From positions 216,014 through 280,013 of the forward strand of contig CAWKNZ010000003.1 in NCBI GenBank assembly GCA_963851265.1: a stretch of 64,000 bases of DNA, given 5' to 3'. The stretch is from an uncultured Gemmatimonadales bacterium. Its GTDB lineage: Bacteria; Gemmatimonadota; Gemmatimonadetes; Gemmatimonadales; Gemmatimonadaceae. Made by a program: the position numbers and the translations under genes. Each line of letters starts with the position of its first letter. The stretch's first letter is position 1. The notes under the pieces were generated by a model. It ran no database searches. It was given only the letters and a program-made list of their open reading frames with translations, and had not been told where the DNA came from. Positions 8,467 through 18,493 of this stretch are shown in pieces.

Positions 8467-9678
8467 GTGACCACTTCGACGCTCCGACCGACCCCGCGTA
8501 CGCTCCCGCTGTTCGACCCTGCGCCGGCGGAGGCCGGCCCCGCGGCCGCGGGGGGCAAGCCCGGCGTGCGGCACCGCTGGATGCCCGACCGCGTGCTGTT
8601 CACGCGCGACGCGCTCGCCGAGCGCTGGGGGTGCCGCATTCACGACCGCGTCGCCGCGTTAGGGCTGCACGTCGAGGCGCTCCGCGGCAACCGCCTGCCG
8701 AGTCTTGCGGGCGCGGACGAGCGGGCGACGTACCGCCTGGCCAAGCGCACGCTCGCCGTCGTCAACGCGCCGGCCGGACAGCTCAAGCTGTCGCCCATCC
8801 CGCCGTCGGCCGACTGGCAGTTCCACCTCGCGCAGGGCTGCCCGGCCCATTGCCACTACTGCTACCTCGCGGGCTCGCTCGCCGGGCCGCCGGTGGTGCG
8901 CGCGTACGCCAACCTCGACGCGATCCTCGGCAACCTGGCCGGCTACGCGGGGCAACGCACGGGCGGGCGCGCCGCCGCCGAGTGGGCCGACGGCGGCGCG
9001 GACCCGGACGGCGGCCGCGCGCTCACCACGTTCGAGGCGAGCTGCTACACCGACCCGCTCGCGCTCGAGCACCTCACCGGATCGTTAGGCGCGGCGGTCG
9101 AGCGCTTCGGGACGGACCCGGCGCTCGCCGGCGCGCGGCTGCGCTGGACGACCAAGTTCTCGTCGCCGGCGCTCGTCGCGCCGCTGCTCGACCTGCCGCA
9201 CGCGGGGCGCACGCGTTGCCGCGTCAGCCTCAACGCCGACCCCGTCGCGCGCCGGTTCGAGGGCGGCACGGCGACCGTCGCGGAGCGACTCGCCGGGGCG
9301 ACGCAGCTCGCCGGGGCGGGCTACCCGGTGGGGCTCGTGCTCGCGCCCATCATGCCGGTCGAGGGGTGGGAGGGCGAGTACGGCGCCCTGCTCGACGCCG
9401 CGCGCGCCGCGCTGCCGCCGGAGGCGCTCGCGCCGGGGACGCGCCTGACCGTCGAGTGCATCACGCACCGCTACACCGAGGGCTCGCGCGACGTGCTGCG
9501 CGGGTGGTACCCGAACACCGCGCTCGAGATGGACGACGAGAAGCGGGCGGCCAAGCGGACGAAGTTCGGGAACGCGAAGTATGTGTATCCCCGCGACGTG
9601 ATGGGGGAGTTGAAGGCGTGGTTCACGGCCGCGGTGCGGGCGCGGTGGCCGGAGGCGGCGTTGTTGTACTGGACGTGA
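8467..9678 (+). CDS. Spore photoproduct lyase family radical SAM protein (SplB-like)
   Basis: CPAHCHYCYL triad, FEASCYTD, C-terminal KRTKFGNAKYVYP. Confidence 0.85.
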   Translation: MTTSTLRPTPRTLPLFDPAPAEAGPAAAGGKPGVRHRWMPDRVLFTRDALAERWGCRIHDRVAALGLHVEALRGNRLPSLAGADERATYRLAKRTLAVVNAPAGQLKLSPIPPSADWQFHLAQGCPAHCHYCYLAGSLAGPPVVRAYANLDAILGNLAGYAGQRTGGRAAAEWADGGADPDGGRALTTFEASCYTDPLALEHLTGSLGAAVERFGTDPALAGARLRWTTKFSSPALVAPLLDLPHAGRTRCRVSLNADPVARRFEGGTATVAERLAGATQLAGAGYPVGLVLAPIMPVEGWEGEYGALLDAARAALPPEALAPGTRLTVECITHRYTEGSRDVLRGWYPNTALEMDDEKRAAKRTKFGNAKYVYPRDVMGELKAWFTAAVRARWPEAALLYWT

Positions 9679-10984
9679 GGGGTGCCCCGATCGCGGACCC
9701 GGGCACCACGCCATCCCCCGCCCCTCTCGCCAGTATCGCCGCGACCGTCATGTCCGCGGTCACGTTGACTAACGTGTTGAACACGTCGGGTATCGCGTCC
9801 GCGGCGATCAGCAGCCCGACCCCTTCGAGCGGCAGCCCCACCGCGAGCAGCACCGGCGCGGTCACCACGAACAGCCCCCCGCTCGGGATCCCCGGGTTGC
9901 TGAAGCTCATCGCGATCGTGACGAGCGTCATCGTCGCGATCTGCCCCGGGCCGAGCGGTACGCCGTAGAGGTGGGCGAGAAAGAGCGGCCCGGCGAGGTC
10001 GGCGACCGGCGTGTTGAGCTTGAAGGTCGAGACCGCGAGCGGCAGCACGAAGCCCGTCACCGCGGGGCGGTCGCCTAACGTGTCGCGGAAGCCGGCGATG
10101 AGCGCGGGGAGCGAGGCGAGCGACGAGCGCGAGCTCACCGCGACCGCCTGCGCCGGCAATACGGCGCGCGCGAAGGTGCGCAGCGGGACGCGGCCGAACA
10201 GCGCCGCGACGGGGTAGCACAGCAGCATCACCACGGTCGCGAGCCCGCAGAGGATCAGCACGTAGCCGCCCACCGCGCCGATCGCCCCCGCGCCGAGGTC
10301 GCGGCCGAGTCCGGCGGCGAGCGCGAGCACCCCGATCGGCGTGAGCGCGAGCACCCAGCCGACGACGACGAGCATGGCGTCGCTCACGGCGCGGAAGAAT
10401 CCCGTGACCAGCGCGCGGGGCTCGGGGGCGAGGCGCGTGACGGCGGCCGCGAACAGCAGCGTGAAGACGATGAGCGGGAGCATCGCGCCGTCGACCGCGG
10501 CCTTGATCGGGTTGACCGGCACGAGCCCGGTCAGGAAGCCGCCGATCGTGGGCACCTCGGCGGGCGCGCTGGCCGCGGCGCCCGCGTGCGCGCGGAGCGC
10601 GGCGGCCGCGGACGCGTCCACCGGCACGTAGCGGAAGAGCGCCGGCGCGGCGAGCGCCGAGATGAGCGCGCAGCCGACGAGCAGGACGACGAACCAGACG
10701 AGGGCGCGCCCGCCGAGTCGCCCCACGGCGCGCACGTCGGCGACGCCCGCGACGCTCGTCACGAGCATCGAGACGACGAGCGGCACGAGCGTCATGCGGA
10801 TCGCGTTCACCCACAGCGTGCCGAGCGGCGCGAGCGCTTCGACGGCCGCGCCGAGGGCGCGACTGCCGGAGCCGGCGGCGACGGCGCCGAGGGCGGTGCC
10901 CGCGACGAGCGCGAGCAGGGCGAGCACGGTCGCGCCGGGCAGACGCCGGGCGCGGACTGGGGGTTGGGCGGCAGATTCCGGCAC
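9623..10984 (-). CDS. Dicarboxylate/amino acid:cation symporter (DAACS)
   Basis: Multiple TM segments; [27 protein letters not shown] motifs; start uncertain. Confidence 0.88.
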   Translation of the reverse strand: MPESAAQPPVRARRLPGATVLALLALVAGTALGAVAAGSGSRALGAAVEALAPLGTLWVNAIRMTLVPLVVSMLVTSVAGVADVRAVGRLGGRALVWFVVLLVGCALISALAAPALFRYVPVDASAAAALRAHAGAAASAPAEVPTIGGFLTGLVPVNPIKAAVDGAMLPLIVFTLLFAAAVTRLAPEPRALVTGFFRAVSDAMLVVVGWVLALTPIGVLALAAGLGRDLGAGAIGAVGGYVLILCGLATVVMLLCYPVAALFGRVPLRTFARAVLPAQAVAVSSRSSLASLPALIAGFRDTLGDRPAVTGFVLPLAVSTFKLNTPVADLAGPLFLAHLYGVPLGPGQIATMTLVTIAMSFSNPGIPSGGLFVVTAPVLLAVGLPLEGVGLLIAADAIPDVFNTLVNVTADMTVAAILARGAGDGVVPGSAIGAPLTSSTTTPPPATAPAPRP

Positions 10985-11079
10985 GACGGGGCGCGAGGCA
11001 CGTTGAAGGCCACGGGCGGCGAGCCCATCATCCCCGGATGCCAGAGCCACACGGAACCGCGCCGCGCGCACGCGCCACC

Positions 11080-11481
11080 ATGCCAGAACCCGCGGCCGAG
11101 CCCGCGCCAGGAACGTGGGAGATCTGGAAGGAGTTCACTTTCGAGGCCGCGCACCGGCTGCCGCACGTGCCCGACGGGCACAAGTGCCGGCGGCTGCACG
11201 GCCACTCGTTCCGCGTCGAGGTGCACGTGCGTGGGCCGCTCGCCGAGCGGGAGGGGTGGGTGATGGACTTCGGCGACCTCAAGACCGCGTGGATGCCCAT
11301 CGACGCGGTGCTCGACCACCACTACCTCAACGACGTGCCCGGCCTGGAGAATCCGACGAGCGAGGTGATCGCGCGCTGGCTGTGGGAGCGGCTCCGGCCG
11401 ACTCTCCCCGGACTCGCGCGCGTGGTCGTGCGCGAGACGTGCACCGCGGGGTGCGCGTACGTCGGGCCCGCCGCGGGATGA
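11080..11481 (+). CDS. queD: 6-carboxytetrahydropterin synthase
   Basis: [33 protein letters not shown] motifs. Confidence 0.92.
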   Translation: MPEPAAEPAPGTWEIWKEFTFEAAHRLPHVPDGHKCRRLHGHSFRVEVHVRGPLAEREGWVMDFGDLKTAWMPIDAVLDHHYLNDVPGLENPTSEVIARWLWERLRPTLPGLARVVVRETCTAGCAYVGPAAG

Positions 11482-11502
11482 TCGCGTGAGCCGGGGCGTG
11501 AC

Positions 11503-12726
11503 GTGACGGGGGTTGGCGCCGTGCTCGTCGGCGCGTTCATCGCGCTGCAGCTGCTCGCGCTCGCGCGCGTGCTGTGGCGACTGCTGCCCGGACTCGTGCG
11601 GACGCCGCCGGTGACGCCGCTCGTCGACGAGGCCGACGCGCGGTGGGCCGGGCTCGGCGGCGCGGCCGGCGACGGCGTGCGCGTCACGGTCATGGTCGCG
11701 ACGATGAACGAGGCCGCGCGACTCGGGCCCTGTCTGGACGGCCTCGCGCGGCAGGGCGCGACGTTGGCCGAGGTGCTCGTCGTGGATTCGCGCTCGACTG
11801 ACGGCACGCGCGCGCTGGTCGAGGCCGCGGCCCGGCGTGACGCGCGCGTGCGACTGCTCACCGATCCGCCGCTGCCGCCGGGGTGGGTGGGCAAGGTGTG
11901 GGCGCTCGAACACGGCCTGCAGCACGCGACCGGCGACTGGGTGCTCGGCGTCGACGCCGACACGGCGCCCGCGCCCGGCATGGTGGCCGCCGTCGTCGCG
12001 GCGGCGGAGGCGTTCGGGCTCGACGTGGTGAGCTTCGCGCCGCGCTTCGCGGGGCAGTCGCCGGGGGAGCGGTTCATCCAGCCGGCGATGCTCGCCACGC
12101 TCGTCTACCGGCTCGGCGCACCAACGCCGCGACCGAGCACGCCGAGCGACGTGCTCGCGAACGGACAGTGTTTTCTCGCGCGGCGCGACCTGCTGGTGCG
12201 CCACGGCGGGTACGGGCCCGCACGCGCGAGCTGGGCCGACGACGTCGCGCTCGCGCGCCACCTCATGCGCCGCGGTGCGCGCGTCGGGTTTCTGGACGGC
12301 GCGCGCCTGTACGACGTGCGCGCCTACGCCTCCGCGCGCGAGGCGTGGCGGGAGTGGGGGCGGAGCTTCGACCTCGCCGACGCGACCGCGCCGGCGCGCC
12401 AGGCGCTCGACCTGGCCGTCGTCACGCTCGCGATGGGGGCGCCGCCGCTCGTCCTGGCGGGCGCGCTCGCGTGGGCGGCGGCGGGCGGGGGGGCGGGGGG
12501 CACGTTCGGCAGTGCGTTAGGCGCAGCGCTCGTCGTCGTCAACGCGGTTCTGCTCTCGGTCCGGCTCGGCGTGTTGGCGGCGACGCGCGGGTCGTACGCG
12601 CGCCGCGGGTTCCCGTACTGGTGCAGCCCGCTCGCCGACCCGGCGGCGACGGCGCGGCTCTGGCTCAGCACGCTCCGCCGGCCGCGCGCGTGGCGGGGGC
12701 GGGCGTTCGCGCTGGGCGCGCCGTAA
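11503..12726 (+). CDS. GT2 glycosyltransferase, CruG-like carotenoid glycosyltransferase
   Basis: VVDSRSTDGT, GWVGK, DADT, ANGQCFL, DDVALAR, EWGRSFDL motifs. Confidence 0.75.
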   Translation: MTGVGAVLVGAFIALQLLALARVLWRLLPGLVRTPPVTPLVDEADARWAGLGGAAGDGVRVTVMVATMNEAARLGPCLDGLARQGATLAEVLVVDSRSTDGTRALVEAAARRDARVRLLTDPPLPPGWVGKVWALEHGLQHATGDWVLGVDADTAPAPGMVAAVVAAAEAFGLDVVSFAPRFAGQSPGERFIQPAMLATLVYRLGAPTPRPSTPSDVLANGQCFLARRDLLVRHGGYGPARASWADDVALARHLMRRGARVGFLDGARLYDVRAYASAREAWREWGRSFDLADATAPARQALDLAVVTLAMGAPPLVLAGALAWAAAGGGAGGTFGSALGAALVVVNAVLLSVRLGVLAATRGSYARRGFPYWCSPLADPAATARLWLSTLRRPRAWRGRAFALGAP

Positions 12727-12797
12727 CCCGAGCCCGCGCCGCGGTCGCCCGACCGGGGGACCCGGTGCGGGGCGCGGCGGTGCGGGCCGCACCGTCC

Positions 12798-15700
12798 CTA
12801 CTGCCCGCCCTCCCGCCGGCCCCACGTCGGCGGCGGGGGCTCGTTCATCCGCCGGTCCACCGGGTGCTGGGCGAGCAGGCGCAGTGCTTCCTGAACCGCG
12901 CGTTCCAGCTGCGGGTCGCGCCCCGACGCGACCTCCCTGGGCCAGTTCTCGACCGCGACGTCGGGCGCGACGCCCTCGTTCTCGATCGCCCAGTGCCCCT
13001 CGCGCGTGAAGAAGCCGCCGCGCGGCGCGATCATCGACCCGCCGTCGAGGAAGAGCGGCGTGTCGGCCGTGTGCACCAGGCCGCCCCACGTGCGCTCGCC
13101 GACGAGCGGGCCGATGTGGCGGTGGCGGAACATGTAGGGCATGAGGTCGCCGCCCGAACCGGCCATCTCGTTGATGATCATCACCTTGGGCCCCCAGATG
13201 CCCGCCGAAGGGCTCGTGAAGGGGACGCGCTGGTTGATGGCCGAGTTGAAGTAGCCGTCGAAATCGCGCTGCAGCAGGTCGATGATGTAGTCGGCCGCGG
13301 AGCCGCCGCCGTTGTAGCGCTCGTCGATCACGGCGCCCTGGCGGTCCTGCTGGGCGAAGTAGTAGCGGTTGAAGCTCTGGTAGCCCGGCTGCCCCGTGTT
13401 GGGCAGGTAGACGTAGGCGAGCTTGCCGCCGGACAGCGAGTCGACCGCGCGCCGGTTGTGCTCCACCCACGCGCGCGTGCGCAGCCCGGCCTCGCTGGCC
13501 ACCGGGAGCACCGTGACGCGGCGCGCGCCGTCCATGCTGGGGCGCGCGTTGACGAGCAGCACCGTCTGGCGGTTGGCCGTGCCGTCGAGCAGGCGGTAGA
13601 CGTCGTCGGTGCCGGCCAGTTCGGCGCCGTTCACCGCGAGCAGGTAGTCGCCGGGGCGCACGTCGATGCCGGGGCCGGCGAGCGGGGCGCGCAGCTCGGG
13701 GTTCCAGCTCTCGGCGTCGTAGATCTTGCGGATGCGGTAGCGGCCGTTCTCGACGGCGAGGTCGGCGCCTAACAGTCCGACGCCGGGGGCGCCGGTGCCG
13801 GTCTCGGGCAGGTCGCCGCCGCGCACGTAGGAGTGCCCGATGGCGAGCTCGGAGCCCATCCAGTCGAGCAGGTAGTTGAGGTCGGCGCGGTGCATGACGT
13901 ACGGCAGGAGCGCGCCGTAGGTGCGTCCGACGGCCGGCCAGTCGGCGCCGTGCGCGTTGCGGACGTACAGGTAGTCGCGCTCGTTGCGCCACCCCTCGTG
14001 GAAGATCTCCGCGAACTCCGCCTTCGGGTCGACCCACATCCGCAGGGCGACGGCGAGGCGCCCCTTGGCGGCGTCGGCCGGGGTCGCGGCGGGCGGCGCG
14101 CCCGCGTCGACGACGAAGAGGGTGGTGCCGCCCGCGCCGGCGGCCCCTGCCCCGCCGCCCGCGGCGGGCGGCGCGGCGGGGGTGCGGTAGAGCAGCTTCT
14201 GCCCGTTGGCGCTGACGACGAACTCCGCGACGTTGGGCGCGAAGGCCACCGCGCGCCGGTCGCGCAGCGTGTAGCGGTGGAGCGTGCCGCCCGGCGCCGG
14301 CGCGGCGGCGGTGCCCGCGGGGGTCAGGGTCTCGAGGAAGAACACCGTGCCCGGCGCGCCGCTCCGGAGGTCGGCGTAGTCGCGCGCGGCCACGCCCGGC
14401 ACGGGGAGGATGCGCTGGCGCATGCCGTCGAAATCGATGCGGACCGGGCGCGTGCCGTTGGGCGCGGGCGTGCGCGCGCTGTCGCGGTTGGCGGCCGCGG
14501 CGCGCGCGGTGTCGGCGCGCGTGCTGTCCACGCGCGCGCGGGCGGCCGCGCGGCGCGCCTGGTCCTCCTCGCGCGGCGGCTCGCCCGGGCGCTGCGGCGC
14601 GGGCGCCGCGCCCGCGAGGCTCGCCTCCTCGTCGCTCTCGGGGAGGAGCGGCGAGGGCTCGGCCTTCTGCAGCACCGCCATGTAGAGCGCCCGCGTCACG
14701 GGCCGCTCGTAGCTCGACATGTCGAGCCACTGCGAGGTGAGCGCGTAGTTGGTCGACGCGAGGAACCACAGGTACTTGCCCGACGCGTCCCACGCGGGCG
14801 CGACGGCGTCGGCGAGGCCGTCCGTGATCTGGCGCTTCTCGCCCGTCTCGACGTTGGCGACCACCACCGCGCGGTAGAGCGACGGCAGGCGCTTCGCGTA
14901 GGCGAGCCAGCGCCCGTCGGGGCTCCACACCGGCTCCAACTCGCGCCGCGGCACGAGGTACGTGTCCTGGTCGATCACGGTCGCCTTCCCCGACGCGACG
15001 TCGAGCGACCAGATGCGGAAGTCCGTGTCGGTGTAGGCGATGCGCCGCCCGTCGGGGCTCCAGGCCGGCGTGTAGTAGTGCGTGGGGTTGGGCAGCGCGA
15101 TCTCGCGCGCGGGCGACACGCCGTCCTGGGGCGCGATGTAGAGGCGGTACTCGCCCGACTTGTCCCCGAAGTACGCGACGAAGCGCCCGTCGGGCGACCA
15201 CACCGGGTCGCGCTCCGCCGACCCGCTCGACCGGGTCAGGTTGCGCGCGTCGCCCTTCTCCGCCGGCAGGGTGAAGATCTCGCCGCGCGCCTCGACCGCG
15301 GCGCGACGCCCCGTGGGCGAGATGGCGAGCGACGTCACGCGCCCCGAGACGTCCTTCCACTGCGGCATCATCCACGCGAAGTCGCCGGCCGCGGTGATGG
15401 GCACGACGCGCTCGCGCCCGCTCGCCGGGTCCAGCTCGTGGATCACGCCGGCCTGCTCGAACACCACTGCGTTAGGCGTCGCGTCGAGCGACTTGACGTC
15501 GAAGTCGCGCCCGTGGTAATGCGTCACCTCGCGCACCTGCTTCGACCGCGTGTCGTACGCCCACACGTTCTGCACCCCGTCGCGGTCCGACAGGAAGTAC
15601 ACGGCGTCGTTGCCCACCCACACGGGGTCGAGCTCCTTCGAGTCGGTCCACGGCACGGTCTCGACGGCCATCGTCTGCAGGTCGAGGATCCACACCGGGC

Positions 15701-16343
15701 GGTTCTGCCCGCCGCGGTAGTGGCGGCGCTCCTCGTCCCAGCTGTTGGCCATCCGGTAGGCGAGGCGGCGGCCGTCGGGCGAGATCTTGCCCTGGTACGC
15801 GCGCGGCATCGGCATGGGCGTCTCAGGCCCGCCGTCGACCGCCACCGTCCAGAACCGCGGCACCGGCGTGGGCGCGTCGGTCGCGCGCCCCGACGCGAAC
15901 ACCACGCGCCGCCCGTCCGGCGTCCACCCCTGCACCATGTCGGCGCCCGGGTGCCACGTGAGCCGGCGCGGCTCGCCGCCCAACGCGGGCACGACGTACA
16001 CGTCGGTATTGCCGCCGAGGTCGGCGCTGTAGGCGACCCAGCGGCCGTCGGGCGAGAGCTTGGGGTTGCTCGCCTCGCCGGGCGTGCTCGTGAGACGGCG
16101 GGCGGCCCCGCCCGCGCGGTCGACGATCCAGATGTTGCCGCCGTAGGCGAAGGCGATGTGCGCCGCGCTCACGCTCGGCGTTCGCAGCAGGCGCGTGGGG
16201 CCCGCGGGCGCGGGCTCCTGTCGGGGCGGGGGCGGCGCGTCCGCCTGCGCGGCCGCGGGCGACGGGCGGGCGGCGATCGCGGCGACGTGTGCGGCGACGA
16301 GCGCGGCGAGGACGGCAGGGGCGACGGCGGGGCGGATGGGCAT
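12798..16343 (-). CDS. Tricorn-like S41 peptidase
   Basis: Signal peptide, PD40 propellers, PDZ-like region, DERYNGGG and NEMAGSGGD catalytic motif, RTWGG. Confidence 0.92.
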   Translation of the reverse strand: MPIRPAVAPAVLAALVAAHVAAIAARPSPAAAQADAPPPPRQEPAPAGPTRLLRTPSVSAAHIAFAYGGNIWIVDRAGGAARRLTSTPGEASNPKLSPDGRWVAYSADLGGNTDVYVVPALGGEPRRLTWHPGADMVQGWTPDGRRVVFASGRATDAPTPVPRFWTVAVDGGPETPMPMPRAYQGKISPDGRRLAYRMANSWDEERRHYRGGQNRPVWILDLQTMAVETVPWTDSKELDPVWVGNDAVYFLSDRDGVQNVWAYDTRSKQVREVTHYHGRDFDVKSLDATPNAVVFEQAGVIHELDPASGRERVVPITAAGDFAWMMPQWKDVSGRVTSLAISPTGRRAAVEARGEIFTLPAEKGDARNLTRSSGSAERDPVWSPDGRFVAYFGDKSGEYRLYIAPQDGVSPAREIALPNPTHYYTPAWSPDGRRIAYTDTDFRIWSLDVASGKATVIDQDTYLVPRRELEPVWSPDGRWLAYAKRLPSLYRAVVVANVETGEKRQITDGLADAVAPAWDASGKYLWFLASTNYALTSQWLDMSSYERPVTRALYMAVLQKAEPSPLLPESDEEASLAGAAPAPQRPGEPPREEDQARRAAARARVDSTRADTARAAAANRDSARTPAPNGTRPVRIDFDGMRQRILPVPGVAARDYADLRSGAPGTVFFLETLTPAGTAAAPAPGGTLHRYTLRDRRAVAFAPNVAEFVVSANGQKLLYRTPAAPPAAGGGAGAAGAGGTTLFVVDAGAPPAATPADAAKGRLAVALRMWVDPKAEFAEIFHEGWRNERDYLYVRNAHGADWPAVGRTYGALLPYVMHRADLNYLLDWMGSELAIGHSYVRGGDLPETGTGAPGVGLLGADLAVENGRYRIRKIYDAESWNPELRAPLAGPGIDVRPGDYLLAVNGAELAGTDDVYRLLDGTANRQTVLLVNARPSMDGARRVTVLPVASEAGLRTRAWVEHNRRAVDSLSGGKLAYVYLPNTGQPGYQSFNRYYFAQQDRQGAVIDERYNGGGSAADYIIDLLQRDFDGYFNSAINQRVPFTSPSAGIWGPKVMIINEMAGSGGDLMPYMFRHRHIGPLVGERTWGGLVHTADTPLFLDGGSMIAPRGGFFTREGHWAIENEGVAPDVAVENWPREVASGRDPQLERAVQEALRLLAQHPVDRRMNEPPPPTWGRREGGQ

Positions 16344-16402
16344 GGGTGCGGGCGGGGGTGGGGACCGTGCATCGCTGTTACGCCGCGGAGCGCGAGGGCG
16401 CT

Positions 16403-16894
16403 GTGATCTCCGGTCTGGCGCGCACGCGGTCGGCGCGCGAAGCTTCCGGCGTGCCTTTCGCCGCCCCGCCCACCCCTCGCCGCCGCTGGCACGCGTGGTG
16501 GCTGTTTGCCGCCTGGGTCGCCTACTGGATCGCGCTCGCCGGTGCGGCGCTCGGACGCGCGGTACCTGCGGTCTGGCGCCTCGCCAGCGACCGCGCGAGC
16601 CACGGCGGTGTGAGCCTGAGCGCCGGCGACGCCGGCGTGTCGCTGCAGGTGACGGAACACGGCACGACCGCCTGGGCGGGCTCGGCGGGGCTGCTCGCCT
16701 TCGCGCTGTGTGTCGCGATCCCGCCGCTGGCGCTGTTTCTCCTCTGGCTGTGCGCCCGGCCGCGGGTCGCGGGCGGGGTGCTGCTCGAGACGGGGCCAGT
16801 CGTACGCCCGGCGGGCGTCACGGCCGGGCGCCCTCCCGACCCGCGCGCCGCGGACGCGGCCCGGTCGCCCGTGCCCGACGTTCGCTCTCCGTGA
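16403..16894 (+). CDS. Hypothetical membrane protein
   Basis: Two hydrophobic segments; GTGA overlap with the downstream GNAT; start uncertain. Confidence 0.6.
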   Translation: MISGLARTRSAREASGVPFAAPPTPRRRWHAWWLFAAWVAYWIALAGAALGRAVPAVWRLASDRASHGGVSLSAGDAGVSLQVTEHGTTAWAGSAGLLAFALCVAIPPLALFLLWLCARPRVAGGVLLETGPVVRPAGVTAGRPPDPRAADAARSPVPDVRSP

Positions 16895-17445
16895 CCGCCG
16901 ACGCGGGGGCTGGCGCCGTTCCGCGCCTCACGACCGAGCGCCTGCTGCTGCGCGGCTTCGCGCCACGCGACGTGGAGGCGTACGTCGCGATGATGGCCGA
17001 CCCCGCGGTCACCCGGTACCTCGGCGACGGGCGGCCGCTGTCGCGCGCGGACGCGTGGCGGCAGCTGGCGCTCATCATCGGGCACTGGGGGCTGCGCGGC
17101 TTCGGGCTCTGGGCCGTCGAGGAGCGCGCCACAGGGACGCTCGTCGGGCGCGTCGGATGCTACGAGCCCGACGGATGGCCCGGGTGCGAGGTCGGGTACG
17201 TGCTCGCCCGCCCGTTCTGGGGGCGCGGGTACGCGACCGAGGGCGCGCGGGCGGCGCTGGAGTACGCGCGCGGGGTGCTCGCGCGCGACCGCGTCATCAG
17301 CCTCATCCACCCCGACAACGTCGCCTCGGCGAGCGTCGCGACCCGCCTCGGCGCGACGGCCGACGAGACGATCGAGCTGTTCGGCCGGCCGGCGGCGGTG
17401 TACGCGTACCCGACCGGGTCCGGCGCGCCCGCGGCCATGCGTTAG
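16891..17445 (+). CDS. RimJ/RimL-type GNAT N-acetyltransferase
   Basis: LTTERLLLR, EVGY, WGRGYATE, N.AS..VA.RLG motifs. Confidence 0.88.
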   Translation: MTADAGAGAVPRLTTERLLLRGFAPRDVEAYVAMMADPAVTRYLGDGRPLSRADAWRQLALIIGHWGLRGFGLWAVEERATGTLVGRVGCYEPDGWPGCEVGYVLARPFWGRGYATEGARAALEYARGVLARDRVISLIHPDNVASASVATRLGATADETIELFGRPAAVYAYPTGSGAPAAMR

Positions 17446-18332
17446 GCGGTCGCGGTCGCGTACCCGGCGAGCGCCTCGGGGTACGCGGCGACCACCCCGG
17501 GCGGCGCGGCCGCCGGCGCGCCCGCGAGCATCGCCTCGAGCATCAGCGCGTTGGTGACCGCCTGCCCGCGGTAGTGGTTGTTGGTGACCACGTACACCTC
17601 GGGCGCGGCCGCGGCGACCTCGCGCGTGCGCTCCGCCCACGGCGCGAGCTCGGCGGCCGAGTAGAGGTAGTCGTAGCGCGCCTCCACGCCGGCGTCGGGG
17701 CGCCACCAGTCCTCGTAGTTGCGGCCGTGGAGCCGCACGTAGCCGACCGGCGCGGTGGCCGTCGCGCTCGGGCCTAACGACCGGGCGAAGAGCGGCTGGT
17801 CGACGTTGACGAAGCCGATCCCGCGCTCGGCGAGCCCCCGGTAGAAGGCGGGCACGTTCCACGACGCGTGGCGCACCTCGAGCGCGAGCGGGTACCCCGC
17901 CCCGCCGCGGCCGAACGCCCGCGCGACGTCGTCGAGCCACTCGCGGCCGGCGTCGTCGCGCTTGAAGGACCAGGGGAACTGGACGAGCACCGCGCCGAGC
18001 CGTCCGGCGTCGGCGAGCACGTCGAAGCCGCGGCGCACGGCGTCGACGTCGGCCGGGGTGAAGGCGGCGTCTCGCTCGTGCGTGAACCGCTGCCAGAGCT
18101 TCGCGGTGAAGCGGAAGCGGTCGCGGGCGCGCTCGCCGGCTGCGGCGCGCTCGACCCAGCCCCCGGCGGCCGCCGGGGAAGCCGGGCGGTAGAAGGTGCT
18201 GTTCACCTCGACGGTGTCGAAGTACCCCGCCACGTAGGTGAGCGGGTCGAAGTCGCGCGGGCGGGGCGCCGGGTACACGATGCCGTCCCAATCCTTGTAG
18301 GACCACCCGGCGGGGCCGATGCGGACGGTCAT
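17442..18332 (-). CDS. DUF72 (YecE-like) protein
   Basis: IGPAGWSY.DW, EVNSTFY, QFP.SF, EVRHASW, YVRLHGRN, YDYLY. Confidence 0.9.
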   Translation of the reverse strand: MTVRIGPAGWSYKDWDGIVYPAPRPRDFDPLTYVAGYFDTVEVNSTFYRPASPAAAGGWVERAAAGERARDRFRFTAKLWQRFTHERDAAFTPADVDAVRRGFDVLADAGRLGAVLVQFPWSFKRDDAGREWLDDVARAFGRGGAGYPLALEVRHASWNVPAFYRGLAERGIGFVNVDQPLFARSLGPSATATAPVGYVRLHGRNYEDWWRPDAGVEARYDYLYSAAELAPWAERTREVAAAAPEVYVVTNNHYRGQAVTNALMLEAMLAGAPAAAPPGVVAAYPEALAGYATATA

Positions 18333-18493
18333 TCGGCATAATCTACCGATGCCCGAGAGGGAGTCAGCCGCGGCTGGACCTTCCAGCGCACGGCCCGGTC
18401 GCACGCGACCGGTCCACCGCGCCTCAACGCCGCCTGCGGCGCGGGCGTAAGGCCATCAACGCCCCTCCCCCGCCCCGCGCGCCCCGCCCCGCC

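Noticed and set aside
10985..11079. preQ1 riboswitch upstream of queD
   Set aside because: No recognisable preQ1-I stem or A-rich tail
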